DNA of 18,591 bases, taken from positions 1 to 18,591 of the forward strand of contig CAXTSY010000021.1 of NCBI GenBank assembly GCA_964247055.1, given 5' to 3'. Positions 1 through 15,060 of this stretch are shown piece by piece (position 1 is the stretch's first letter; every line of letters starts with the position of its first letter). Source of the stretch: Paragordius varius (Eukaryota; Animalia; Nematomorpha). A program made the position numbers and the translations under genes. The notes beneath the pieces are model-generated. The model searched no databases. It saw only the letters and a list, made by a program, of their open reading frames with translations, and was not told where the DNA came from.

Positions 1-1245
1 AATCGATCTATATGCAGACGATTTTTATTTTGACTATAAAAAGAGCAGATAATACAAAAACAAAATGTTTATGTTAAAGAAGCAGACGATATTAAATTTT
101 AGGAAAGCAGATGATTAGTAGGAAAAAGCAGACCACATTTATATGATTGTAAACAAAAAAGATTAAATCAAACAAAAGCAGACGATATTGAACTTAAAAT
201 GGCAGACGATAAAATCTAATGACAAACCACTCGGTAATAACTATCGACAAAGCAGACTATATTTAATTTAAAATCCAAAAGCAGAAGATTTAAACCAAAT
301 GAAAAGGCAGACGATATTAATTTTATATCATAAAGGCAGATGACAATAAATTTAAAATCTTAAAGCAGACTATTAAAAGACATCAAAAGGCAAACAATAA
401 TAAATTTAAATGACAAACCGCAGACGATAATAATTAAAAATCTAAAAGACGATTAAAACCAAATGAAAATGCAGACTATAATAATTTAAAATCCTAAAGC
501 AGACGATTAAATGAAAAATGGCAGTCAAATATTTGTATCATACGGCAGACGACATTAAAAATAAAATCCTAAAGCAGACCATTAAATGACATCAAAAAGG
601 CAAACAATAATAAATTTAAATGACAAACCGCAGACGATAATAATTAAAAATCCAAAAGCAAACGATTAACCCCAAATGAAAATGCAGACTATGATAATTT
701 TATATCAAGCAGACGACAATAATTTAAAATCCTAAAGCAGACGATTAAATGAAAAATGGCAGTCAAATATTTGTATCATACGGCAGACGACATTAAAAAT
801 AAAATCCTAAAGCAGACGATTAAATCATTCTGAAAGACAGACGATAATAAATAGAAATGACAAGGCGCAGACGACATAATTTTATATCATAAAGGCAGAA
901 GATTAGATTTTAATGACAAAGCAGACGATATTCAATTTCAAATTATCATTTAAATAAATGATGTTGAAAGGGCAGACGACGAATTAAAAATTTTAAAGCG
1001 CAGACGATATTATTAGAAAGAATACGCAGCAGACGATTAAATAAATATCAAATAATTTACTATCCTAAAGCAGACGTTTAGATGAATCTGAAAGGCAGAC
1101 GATATTAAATTCAAATAAAAAAGCAGACGATATTATTAGAAAGAATACGCAGACGATATTTAGAAGGAATACGCAGCAGACGATTAAATAAAGTTCAAAT
1201 GACAAATCGCAGACAAATAAATAAATTTGAGGGGGCAGATATTAA
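1..1245 (+). repeat. Degenerate minisatellite/motif array: ~40 copies of GCAGAC(GA), ~24-40 bp apart, with 210-238 bp higher-order duplications; runs off the window start
   Basis: GCAGAC-type cores at e.g. 14, 177, 202, 308, 420, 499, 545, 630, 737, 783, 812, 972, 1095, 1122, 1175, 1208. Block at ~420 recurs at ~630; cores at 499/521/545/574 recur at 737/759/783/812 (+238). Confidence 0.9.
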
Positions 1246-1748
1246 AAAATGATTTCAAAAAAACATTTAAAATAAAAAATTCTCAAATAAAATAAATTAA
1301 AATTTATAAAAAAAAAAACAAATAAAAAAAATAAAAAATTTTTCTATAATTTTATAATAAAGTTATAATTTAATAAATATTAAAAAAATAAATTAAAATA
1401 ATCTAAAAAATAATATTAATAAAATAAAAAAATAATTAAAATGTATTATAATTAAATATTTTAAAAAAACAAAAATATTTAAAATAAAAAACTAAATTTT
1501 TAAAACTAAATATTAAAATAAAAAATTTATAACTTAAAAAAATAAAATAAAAGCTTAAAAATTTAAAAACATAAAATAAATTTATCAGATATTTTTAAAT
1601 AAAAAACCTAAAAAAATAAAAAAATTTAAATCAAAAAATTTAAATCAAAACTTAAAAAATTAATATTAATATATTAATTCAAAACATAAATTAAATTATT
1701 AAAAAAAATATAAAACTTAAAACTGATGTTTTTATAAAAACTACAAAA

Positions 1749-2327
1749 TTAAACTAATATAATTTTATATTTTTCAAAACTTATAAAATTTAAAACTAAT
1801 TTATATATAACTATAATAATATAATTACTTTGAACGTTTTGTGGTGAATTTGAATTTTTTTCTTTTAAATCAACATTTTGATTTAAATTTTGTTTTTGCG
1901 GAGTTATAAATCCACCATCTTTAGAATCAAAAACTACATTTGAATTTAAATTTTTTTCTTGTTGATGAAAATTTTGATGTTGATTATGAGTTATAAAACC
2001 ACCATCTTTAGAAAAAACTTCATTTGAATTTAAATTCTGTTCTTGATGAACATTTTGATTTAAATTTTCTTGTTGATTATGAGTTATAAAACCACCATCT
2101 TTGGATTCAAAAACTACATTTGAATTTAAATTCTGTTCTTGAACATTTTGATGTAAATTTTGTTGTTTCGGAGTTATAAAACCACCATCTTTGGATTCAA
2201 AAACTTCATTTGAATTGAAATTCTGTTGTTCTTTTGCTTGATAATTTGCTGAAACATAAATATAAAAAGTTGCTAAAAAATAAATTTGCCAGAAAAGTGA
2301 AACTGAGGTGAAAAATAAAATTTCCAT
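1749..2327 (-). CDS. Probable exon of an N/Q-rich tandem-repeat protein, possibly secreted. The coding part probably ends at a GTAATT donor after 1829, so the ORF tail (SNYIIIV...) is probably intron.
   Basis: Only non-homopolymeric ORF; locally raised GC. Four in-frame 87-93 bp repeats whose length differences are multiples of 3. Hydrophobic N-terminus ending V-S-A. Composition collapses to near-pure AT right after CAA A|GTAATT (1829/1828). No family recognised. Confidence 0.65.
   Translation of the reverse strand: MEILFFTSVSLFWQIYFLATFYIYVSANYQAKEQQNFNSNEVFESKDGGFITPKQQNLHQNVQEQNLNSNVVFESKDGGFITHNQQENLNQNVHQEQNLNSNEVFSKDGGFITHNQHQNFHQQEKNLNSNVVFDSKDGGFITPQKQNLNQNVDLKEKNSNSPQNVQSNYIIIVIYKLVLNFISFEKYKIILV
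1860..2235 (-). repeat. Coding tandem repeat, 4 copies of 87-93 bp (29-31 aa: QEQNLNSNxVFESKDGGFITxxQQNL)
   Basis: (A/T)CCACCATCT landmark at 1911, 1998, 2091, 2181 (spacings 87, 93, 90). Confidence 0.95.
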
Positions 2328-2589
2328 ATGAAAAGCTAACAGATGACGGATTTGTGAATGTGTGGGATTTATGAAAATTAATTTTTTAAAAATAGTTAAA
2401 TATTGAAAAAAAAATTTTTAAATAAAAATAATTTGATTGATTAAAAAATTTAATATTCAATTAAAACACTTTGTTTTAATTAAAATTATTTAAAATATAA
2501 AATTTATTATTATTTTTTAAAAAATAATTTAAATAGTTATATTTATTTAAAAAATATAATAATATATTTAATTTTAAATATAAAATTAT

Positions 2590-3200
2590 TTTTTATTAAA
2601 ATAGAATCATTATTAATTAGTACATATTTATATATAAAATATAATTATTTAAAATAAAATTATTTATAAAAAAATTTTTATTTTTATATAAAAATATATA
2701 TTTATATAATTTTTATATAAAAATTTTAAAACATATTTTTTTAAAATCAATAATAATTATTATTTTGTACATATTTATATATAATATATAATTATTTAAT
2801 AAAATAAATATATTTATAAAAAAAATTTTAAATAAAAAATAATATTTTATAAAAAAAAATTTTTCAAAATAAAAATAAATAATATATAATTTTAAATATA
2901 AAATTTTATATTTTTAAAAAATAGAATCATTATTAATTTGTACATATTTATATATATAATATAATTATTTATAATACAAAATTATTAATAAAATTTTATA
3001 AAATATTAAATTATATTTATATAATTTTATAAAATATAAAATTTTAAAACATTTTTTTTGAATAATAAAAAAAATATATAATTTTAAATATTAAATTATA
3101 TATTTTTTAAAAAAATAATTATTAATTTGTACATAATTATATATAAAATATAATTATTTAATAAAACCAAATTATTTATAAAAAAAAATTTTTATAAAAT
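2590..3200. repeat. Degenerate ~150-190 bp AT-rich tandem repeat (4 copies) with a GTACAT core
   Basis: TTAATT(A/T)GTACATA(T/A)TTATATATA-like blocks with GTACAT at 2620, 2767, 2940, 3129; AAATAGAATCATTATTAATT shared by copies 1 and 3. Confidence 0.7.
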
Positions 3201-3654
3201 AAATAAATTTACATATTTTAATAAAATAAAAATATATATTTATATAATTTTAAAATAAAAATATATATTATATAATTTAAAAAAAATATTTTATAAAATA
3301 ATAATATTATAAAAAAAATTTTTATAAAAAAAAAATATATATTTATATATAATTAAAATATAATTAAATTTAATTTACAGTAAATCAAATCATACGGACA
3401 TTTAAATATAAAGATAAATATTTTTTTTATAAAAGAAAATTATACTTTTCAAATCACGATTATTTAAATATAACTGATTATTATTTACAACAATAAAATT
3501 GAGATTATATAAATAACATAATCTAATATATATTTTATTATTAAAAAAAAATATATAATTGTTTTTAGAAAAAAAAATTTATTTCTTATATTTTTACGTT
3601 TTGTCCGTATAATTTCGGTTTTAAAAAAATTTTTCAATCAATTATTATTATAAA

Positions 3655-4180
3655 TTATGCTTATAACTGCCTTTTATTTTATAAATTTTTTTAATCTATT
3701 TTTATTTAAAAATAAATAAAAATAAATTTTAAATAAAATAAAAATTGTTAAAACTTTTTTTAAAAAATATTTTAGTATTAAAAATTATAAACTTTCTACC
3801 TTTAATAACTCTTTTTATTTTATAATATTATTGGAAATACCATTTAAAAATAAATAAAAAAATTTTTTTAAATAAAATAAAAATTGTTAAATTTATTTAA
3901 AAAATAATTTCAGTTTTAAAAATACTTTATTATTAAAAATCATGCTTCATTTCTTATTAACTGCCTTTTATTTTATAAATTTTTTTAATCAATTTTTATT
4001 TAAAAAAAATAAAAAAAAATTTTTTTATTAAAAATAGTTAAATTTATTTAAAAAAAATAAATAATATTTGATTAAAACACTTTATTGTTAAAAATTATAA
4101 ACATTCTTCCTTTTTATTAACTCTTTTTATTTTATTTTATTTTATATATTATTGGAAATAAAAAGTTAAATACCATTTTT
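3655..4180. repeat. ~300-bp tandem duplication made of ~150-bp subunits
   Basis: AACTGCCTTTT at ~3666 and ~3959; AACTCTTTTT at ~3807 and ~4119; TATTATTGGAAATA at ~3825 and ~4147. Confidence 0.75.
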
Positions 4181-5465
4181 GTCTGTCTTAAGCATTTTAA
4201 GTAAAATTAAACATTTCTTTAGCAAAATAAAATATTTTTTTAAATCTAAATATTAATGTAACATTTTTTAACATTTTTCAAACAAACGCAACAATTTTTA
4301 AAGTAAATTTAAAATTTTTAGCAAAATCAAATTTTTATACAAAAAATCAACATTTTTCAAAGCAATTTGACATTTTTTTAGCAAAATCAAATATTTTTTT
4401 TTCAAATAAACAACAACATTTCTTCTTTTCTTTCTTTCTTTCTTTCTTTGAAACAACAAAATCAATAATTTCTAATTCTCTCTTTTCTCTTCTCTTCTCT
4501 CTTCACAAAACAAAACAAAACATTAAAAGTGTAATAATAATAATAATAACATTTTAAGAGAGAAAAACAACAAAACAACAACATTTCTTCTTTTCTTTCT
4601 TTCTTTGAAACAACAAAATCAATAATTTCTAATTCTCTCTTTTCTCTTCTCTCTCTTCACAAAACAAAACAAAACATTAAAAGTGTAATAATAATAATAA
4701 TAATAACATTTTAAGAGAGAAAAACAAAAACAACATTTCTTCTTTTCTTTCTTTCTTTCTTTGAAACAACAAAATCAATAATTTCTAATTCTCTCTTTTC
4801 TCTTCTCTCTTCACAAAACAAAACAAAACATTAAAAGTGTAATAATAATAATAATAACATTTTAAGAGAGAAAAACAACAAAACAACAACATTTCTTCTT
4901 TTCTTTCTTTCTTTGAAACAACAAAATCAATAATTTCTAATTCTCTCTTTTCTCTTCTCTCTCTTCACAAAACAAAACAAAACATTAAAAGTGTAATAAT
5001 AATAATAATAATAACATTTTAAGAGAGAAAAACAAAAACAACATTTCTTCTTTTCTTTCTTTCTTTCTTTGAAACAACAAAATCAATAATTTCTAATTCT
5101 CTCTTTTCTCTTCTCTCTCTTCACAAAACAAAACAAAACATTAAAAGTGTAATAATAATAATAATAATAACATTTTAAGAGAGAAAAACAACAAAACAAC
5201 AACATTTCTTCTTTTCTTTCTTTCTTTGAAACAACAAAATCAATAATTTCTAATTCTCTCTTTTCTCTTCTCTCTCTTCACAAAACAAAACAAAACATTA
5301 AAAGTGTAATAATAATAATAATAATAACATTTTAAGAGAGAAAAACAACAAAAACAACATTTCTTCTTTTCTTTCTTTCTTTCTTTGAAACAACAAAATC
5401 AATAATTTCTAATTCTCTCTTTTCTCTTCTCTTCTCTTCACAAAACAAAACAAAACATTAAAAGT

Positions 5466-5853
<388 letters not shown>

Positions 5854-6018
5854 TAATAATAATAATAATAATAATAATAACATTTTAAGAGAGAAAAACA
5901 ACAAAAACAACATTTCTTCTTTTCTTTCTTTCTTTCTTTGAAACAACAAAATCAATAATTTCTAATTCTCTCTTTTCTCTTCTCTTCTCTTCACAAAACA
6001 AAACAAAACATTAAAAGT

Positions 6019-6111
<93 letters not shown>

Positions 6112-6247
6112 TTTTAAGAGAGAAAAACAACAAAAACAACATTTCTTCTTTTCTTTCTTTCTTTCTTTGAAACAACAAAATCAATAATTTCTAATTCTCT
6201 CTTTTCTCTTCTCTTCTCTTCACAAAACAAAACAAAACATTAAAAGT

Positions 6248-6359
<112 letters not shown>

Positions 6360-6378
6360 TAATAATAATAATAATAAC

Positions 6379-8045
<1,667 letters not shown>

Positions 8046-8205
8046 ATTTTAAGAGAGAAAAACAACAAAAACAACATTTCTTCTTTTTTCTTTCTTTCTT
8101 TCTTTGAAACAACAAAATCAATAATTTCTAATTCTCTCTTTTCTCTTCTCTTCTCTTCACAAAACAAAACAAAACATTAAAAGTGTAATAATAATAATAA
8201 TTAAT

Positions 8206-8269
<64 letters not shown>

Positions 8270-8405
8270 TTTTAAGAGAGAAAAACAACAAAAACAACAT
8301 TTCTTCTTTTCTTTCTTTCTTTCTTTGAAACAACAAAATCAATAATTTCTAATTCTCTCTTTTCTCTTCTCTTCTCTTCACAAAACAAAACAAAACATTA
8401 AAAGT

Positions 8406-8591
<186 letters not shown>

Positions 8592-8727
8592 TTTTAAGAG
8601 AGAAAAACAACAAAAACAACATTTCTTCTTTTCTTTCTTTCTTTCTTTGAAACAACAAAATCAATAATTTCTAATTCTCTCTTTTCTCTTCTCTTCTCTT
8701 CACAAAACAAAACAAAACATTAAAAGT

Positions 8728-9996
<1,269 letters not shown>

Positions 9997-10489
9997 ATTT
10001 TAAGAGAGAAAAACAACAAAAACAACATTTCTTCTTTTCTTTCTTTCTTTCTTTGAAACAACAAAATCAATAATTTCTAATTCTCTCTTTTCTCTTCTCT
10101 CTTTACAAAACACAAAACAAAACATTAAAAGTGTAATAATAATAATAATAATAACATTTTAAGAGAGAAAAACAACAACATTTCTTCTTTTCTTTCTTTC
10201 TTTCTTTGAAACAACAAAATCAATAATTTCTAATTCTCTCTTTTCTCTTCTCTCTTCACAAAACACAAAACATTAAAAGTGTAATAATAATAATAATAAT
10301 AATAACTATTTAGTTCTTAAATTTATTATTATTTATTTTTAAAATAATTATTTATATTTTTTTATTTATTTTTGTTAATTTGATTTTTCATTTTTAAATA
10401 ACTATTTAGTTCATAAATTTATTATTATTTAATTTAATATATTTTATTAATTATATTTTTATTTTACATATATTATCAATTTTAATGTA

Positions 10490-12550
10490 AAAATCAAATC
10501 ATATGTTTTATTAAAAATGTCAAAAATTATTTTATTTATTCTTAAACCTAAATTAATTTAACATCAATATCATTCATTCATTTATCACCTGATTTTAATT
10601 TTTATAAAAAAAGTCCAAAAATGATAAATTTTTTGAGTCAATATCACCTGTTTTTAGTAAATTCAACATTAAAATCAACTGAATTAATTTTTTTATTTTT
10701 TAATTAATTATTTAATTTTTTATTTATTAATTGATATTTACTTTTTAAAATTATTTATTTTTTTAATTTATTTAATTTTTATATATTTAATTTATTATAT
10801 TATTCTTTAATTTAATTTTTTATTTTATTTAATTTATTATATGTTTCATTAAAAAAGTCGAAAATTTTCATTATTCTCAAAACTTATAGATATTTAATTA
10901 AATCAAATATGATTCATTCATTTATCACCTGATTTTATTTTTTTTTATTAAACTCAAAACTCTTAAAAATTTTAATTTTTGAGTTAATATCAACACATTT
11001 TTTAGTAAAATCATCAAAAAAGTGTCAAAAATGACATTTTTATACAAAAATGAAATCATATGTTTTATTAAAAATCATTTTTAATTTACATATTTAAAAA
11101 TATATATTTTTTTAATTATATTTATAATATATTTTATACACATCATATTATATGTTTCATTTAATTTCATTTTTTATTATATTTATCAAAAAACGTGAAT
11201 TAATTTTTTAATGTATTTTTTATGTTTTTTTTTTGATTTTTTTATCTTTAAATAATTAAGAGTTTTTAATTAATTTTTTAATTTATTATTTTTATATTTT
11301 TTTATTTATTATATTTAATATATATTTCATTTAAAATAATTATTTTAATTATTCTCAAAACTTATAGAAATTTAAATAAATCAATTTTTTCAACAACAAT
11401 ATCATTCATTCATTTATCACCTGATTTTAATTTTTTAAAAAAAGTCTCAATTTAAATTTTTGAGTTAATAATATCACATTTTTTAGTAAGAAAATCATCA
11501 AAAAAGTGTTAATATATCTATTTTAATGTATATATCATATCATATGTTTTATTCAAAATTATTTTTGCTATTTTATTAAAAATTCAATTTTTTCAAAAAT
11601 TTATCTAAAACAACTCAAAACTCTTAAAAATATTTAAATTTTTAGTTGTATCATCTGTTTTTAGTAAAATCAACATCAAAAAAGTGAATTTTTTTATTTT
11701 TTTCATTTATTTATTTTTTATATTAATTTTTTATTTTTTTTATTTATATATTTTTATGATTTATTATTTTATTTTATTTTTAATTTTTTTATATTTTTTT
11801 TATTATTAATATTTAATTATTTTTTTTTGATTTTTATATATATTATTTATTATTTTTTATTAATTTAATTTTATAATGTGTTTCATTAAAAATAATCTTT
11901 TTTTGTCTCAAAACTTATAGAAATTTAAATTATTAATTAATTATTTAACAACAATATAATTCATTCATTTATCACCTGAATTTAAATTTTTTATATAAAA
12001 AAACTCAAAACCCTTAAAAGTTTAAAATTTTGTGTTTAATCATCTGTTTTAGTAAAACAACATAAAAAAGTAAATTAATCTTTTTATATTTATTTTTATT
12101 ACATTTTATTTTTTAAATTTTAAAAAATTATTTAATAATTTTGTTTTTTATTATATTTTATTTATTTATTTTTGTTTATATAATCATTTGTTTAATTTTT
12201 ATATTTTTAAGTTATTATATTTTATTTAATTTTAGTTTTTATTTTATTTTACAGAAATCGATTTTAATGCAAAAATCATATCATATGTTTTATTAAAAAA
12301 GTCAAAAATTATTTTTATTATTCTCAAAGCTTATAGAAATTTAAAATATTAATTATTTTTTTAACAACAATACCATTCATTCATTTATCACCTGATTTTA
12401 AATTTTTTATTAAAAAAACTCAATACCCTTAAATTTTTTTAAAAATTTTTAAGTTAATAATATCACCTGTTTTTAGTAAAATCATTAAATAAAGTTTCAA
12501 AAATAACATTTTTACAAAAATTTAATCATATCATATGTTTAATTAAAATA
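10490..12550 (-). repeat. Modular tandem repeat, ~5 units of 340-555 bp: conserved motif blocks separated by variable T-rich spacers
   Basis: ATTCATTCATTTATCACCTG-type motif with CACCTG at 10586, 10926, 11418, 11973, 12389. CTCAAA(A/G)CTTATAGA at ~10876, 11354, 11907, 12323. ATCA(C/T)CTGTTTT(T)AGTAAA at ~10643, 11650, 12040, 12462. CATATGTTTT at ~10500, 11057, 11541, 12282, 12532. Confidence 0.85.
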
Positions 12551-12740
12551 AAAATTACCCCGATATTTTTTGTAGGTATATTTCGTAAAAAATAAAATTT
12601 TGTTTTAAAATAAATTAATATTTTGGAAAAATAATAAATTATGCCATAAAGATATATTTTATATTAATAATGAATTATATTATAGTTCGAAAACACAAAA
12701 TTTATTTTTCAAGGGTGAATTTGAATTGTTAAAATTTCAA
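12550..12740 (+). repeat. Dispersed repeat; partial copy of the element at ~18068-18330
   Basis: 52 bp identical (12637-12688 = 18222-18273), with similar flanks; both copies carry GGTGAATTTGAATTG near the right end. Confidence 0.85.
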
Positions 12741-12799
12741 TAAATCATAAAAACTAAATCATTCATTCATTTAATCAGGTGTTTTAAATTTTTTCTATT

Positions 12800-14520
12800 T
12801 ATAATCATCTGTTTTCTTTTATTGTCTGCCGTTTTTCTAAAACCAGCTGTTTTACCATGTTTATATCCATCTGCTTGATATGCTAATATTTTTTTCTGTT
12901 TATAATCGTCTGCTTTTCTGATATTTTTTCAATTTTATTCGTCTGCCGTTTTCCTTATAAAAACCAGCTGTTTTTAACAATGTTTATATTCGTCTGCTTG
13001 AATCGCACTATATAACTTTTGATGTATCTAATCGTCTGTCTTTTCTTCTAAATTCATTATATTCTCCTTAAGTCTGTCTGCTATTTCAACTTTTATTATT
13101 CGTCTGCCGTTTTTCTTATAAAAACCAGCTTTTTATATACGTCTGCTTGAATTGCACTAATTAATTTTTATATAGCTAATCGTCTGTTTTTTCAATTAAA
13201 TATTTATATTTATAATCGTCTGCTTTTTCAATGAAATATTTATAATCGTCTGCTTTTCTTCTAAATTATTCATTGTTCGTCTGCTTTCTTTTATTCGTCT
13301 GCCGTTTTTCTAAAACTAGCTTTTGTTTATATTCTTCTGCTAGAATTGTTTGATAATTAACTTCTTTTGATGTGTTTAATCGTCTGCTTTTTCAATTAGA
13401 TAATTATATTCGTCTGCTTTTTCAATTAAATATTTATATTCGTCTGCTTTTCTTCTAAATTCATTATTCGTCTGCCGTTTTTCTTATAAAAACCAGCTTT
13501 TGTTTATATTCGTCTGCTTGAATTACTTACTAATTAACTTTTTTTGATGTATCTTATCGTCTGCTTTTTCAATTAAATATTAATATCAATTATTTCTTCA
13601 AAATCAATATCATTCATTCATTTATTCACCTGCTTTTAATTTTTTTTCCATTTATAATCACTGATTATCTTCTAAATTTATTATTCGTCTGCTATTTTCA
13701 CTTTTATATTCGTCTGCTTAATTTGCTAATATATTTTCTGTTTATTATCGTCTGCTTTTAAAATTTTTTGGTTTCACCTGCTTTTAAATTTTTTTCCATT
13801 TATAATCATCTGCTTTTCTGCTACAATTTTATTTGTCTGCCGTTTTTATTATTCGTCTGCCGTTTTTCTTATAATAACCAGCTTTTGTTTATATTCGTCT
13901 GCTTGAAATGCTTGCTAATTAACTTTTGATGTATCTAATTGTCTGCTTTTTCAATGAAATATTTATAATCGTCTGTTTTTCTTCTAAATTATTCATTGTT
14001 CGTCTGCTTTATTTTATTCGTCTGCCGTTTTTCTTATAAAAACCAGCTGTTTTTAACCATGTTTTTTTTTCCTCTGCTTGAATTGCAGTAATTAACTTTT
14101 GATGTATTTAATCGTCTGCTTTTTTTTCAAATTCATTATTCGTCTGCTTTTCTGCTATTATTATTCTTACTTGTCTGCTTTTATTCTAAATTCATCAACT
14201 TTTAATCGTCTGCCGTTTTTCTCATAGAAACTAGCTTTTGTATATATTCGTCTGCTTGAATGCTTACTAATTAACTTTTGATGTATCTAATCGTCTGCTT
14301 TTTAAATTTTTTTCTATTTATAATCGTCTGCCTTTTCTCCTAAATTATTCATTATTCGTCTGATATTTCAACTTTTATTATTCGTCTGCCGTTTTTTTAT
14401 AAAAACCAGCTTTTGTTTATAATTGTCTGCTTGAATTAAATTTTGATGTATCTAATCGTCTGATTTTTCAATTAAATATTTATAATCATTTGCTTTTCTT
14501 CTAAATTCATTATTTGTCTC
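12800..14520 (-). repeat. Second GCAGACGA array (TCGTCTGC on +), ~45-50 cores, organised in ~160-195 bp higher-order units
   Basis: GTCTGCCGTTTT landmark, usually followed by AAACCAGC/AAACTAGC, at ~12825, 12941, 13102, 13297, 13470, 13856, 14020, 14208, 14384. Confidence 0.92.
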
Positions 14521-15060
14521 CTATGTTTTAAAAAATTATATAAAATTATTTTGAAATCTTAAAATTAAAACTTTCTTTATATATTTAATTAACTTAATTT
14601 TTACAAAAAACAATTTATTTAATAATATGAAAAAACTCAATTTATTGTTTTAAAAAATAGTTTTAAATTAATTATAAAATATATATTTATTTTTTATAGA
14701 TTGAAATAATTATATAAAAATTTCAAAATAATAATTTAATTTTTTAATAAAAATTATTAGAGCAAATAAATTAATAAATATTATTTATTAATGGCATACA
14801 TACATACACATAATCATATGTTCATTATATATATAAACTCATTAAAATTAATAATTAATAACTTAATAATTATATATTTCATAAAATATAAAATTCCAGT
14901 TACATATAAGAAATAATAATGCGAGTCAGTCAATTAAGATACAAAATAGTATTTATAAAAGAAAAAAATCAATATAAGTACAATAGAGCATTAAAAAATA
15001 TATATAAGTGTGTGTACTTTAATGGCAAAAAATTTAGTTATTAATTTCACAAAAAAAATT

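Noticed and set aside
1-1245. Repeated K-A-D-D peptide encoded by AAAGCAGACGAT
   Set aside because: Core spacings are not multiples of 3 and stops follow many cores; the same holds for the 12.8-14.5 kb array.
1250-1750. Possible next exon of the minus-strand gene
   Set aside because: Near-pure A/T low-complexity sequence with no open frame of coding-like composition; probably intronic or intergenic.
1843-1856. GGTGAATTTGAATT in the ORF equals the 14-bp end of the MITE-like element
   Set aside because: An isolated match encoding N-S-N-S-P that derives from the ORF's own NLNSN repeat; no flanking similarity. Treated as probable coincidence.
4195-4400. Three loose TTAGCAAAAT(C/A)AAAT repeats just left of the satellite
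   Set aside because: Too short and degenerate to define a unit or relate to the satellite cassette.
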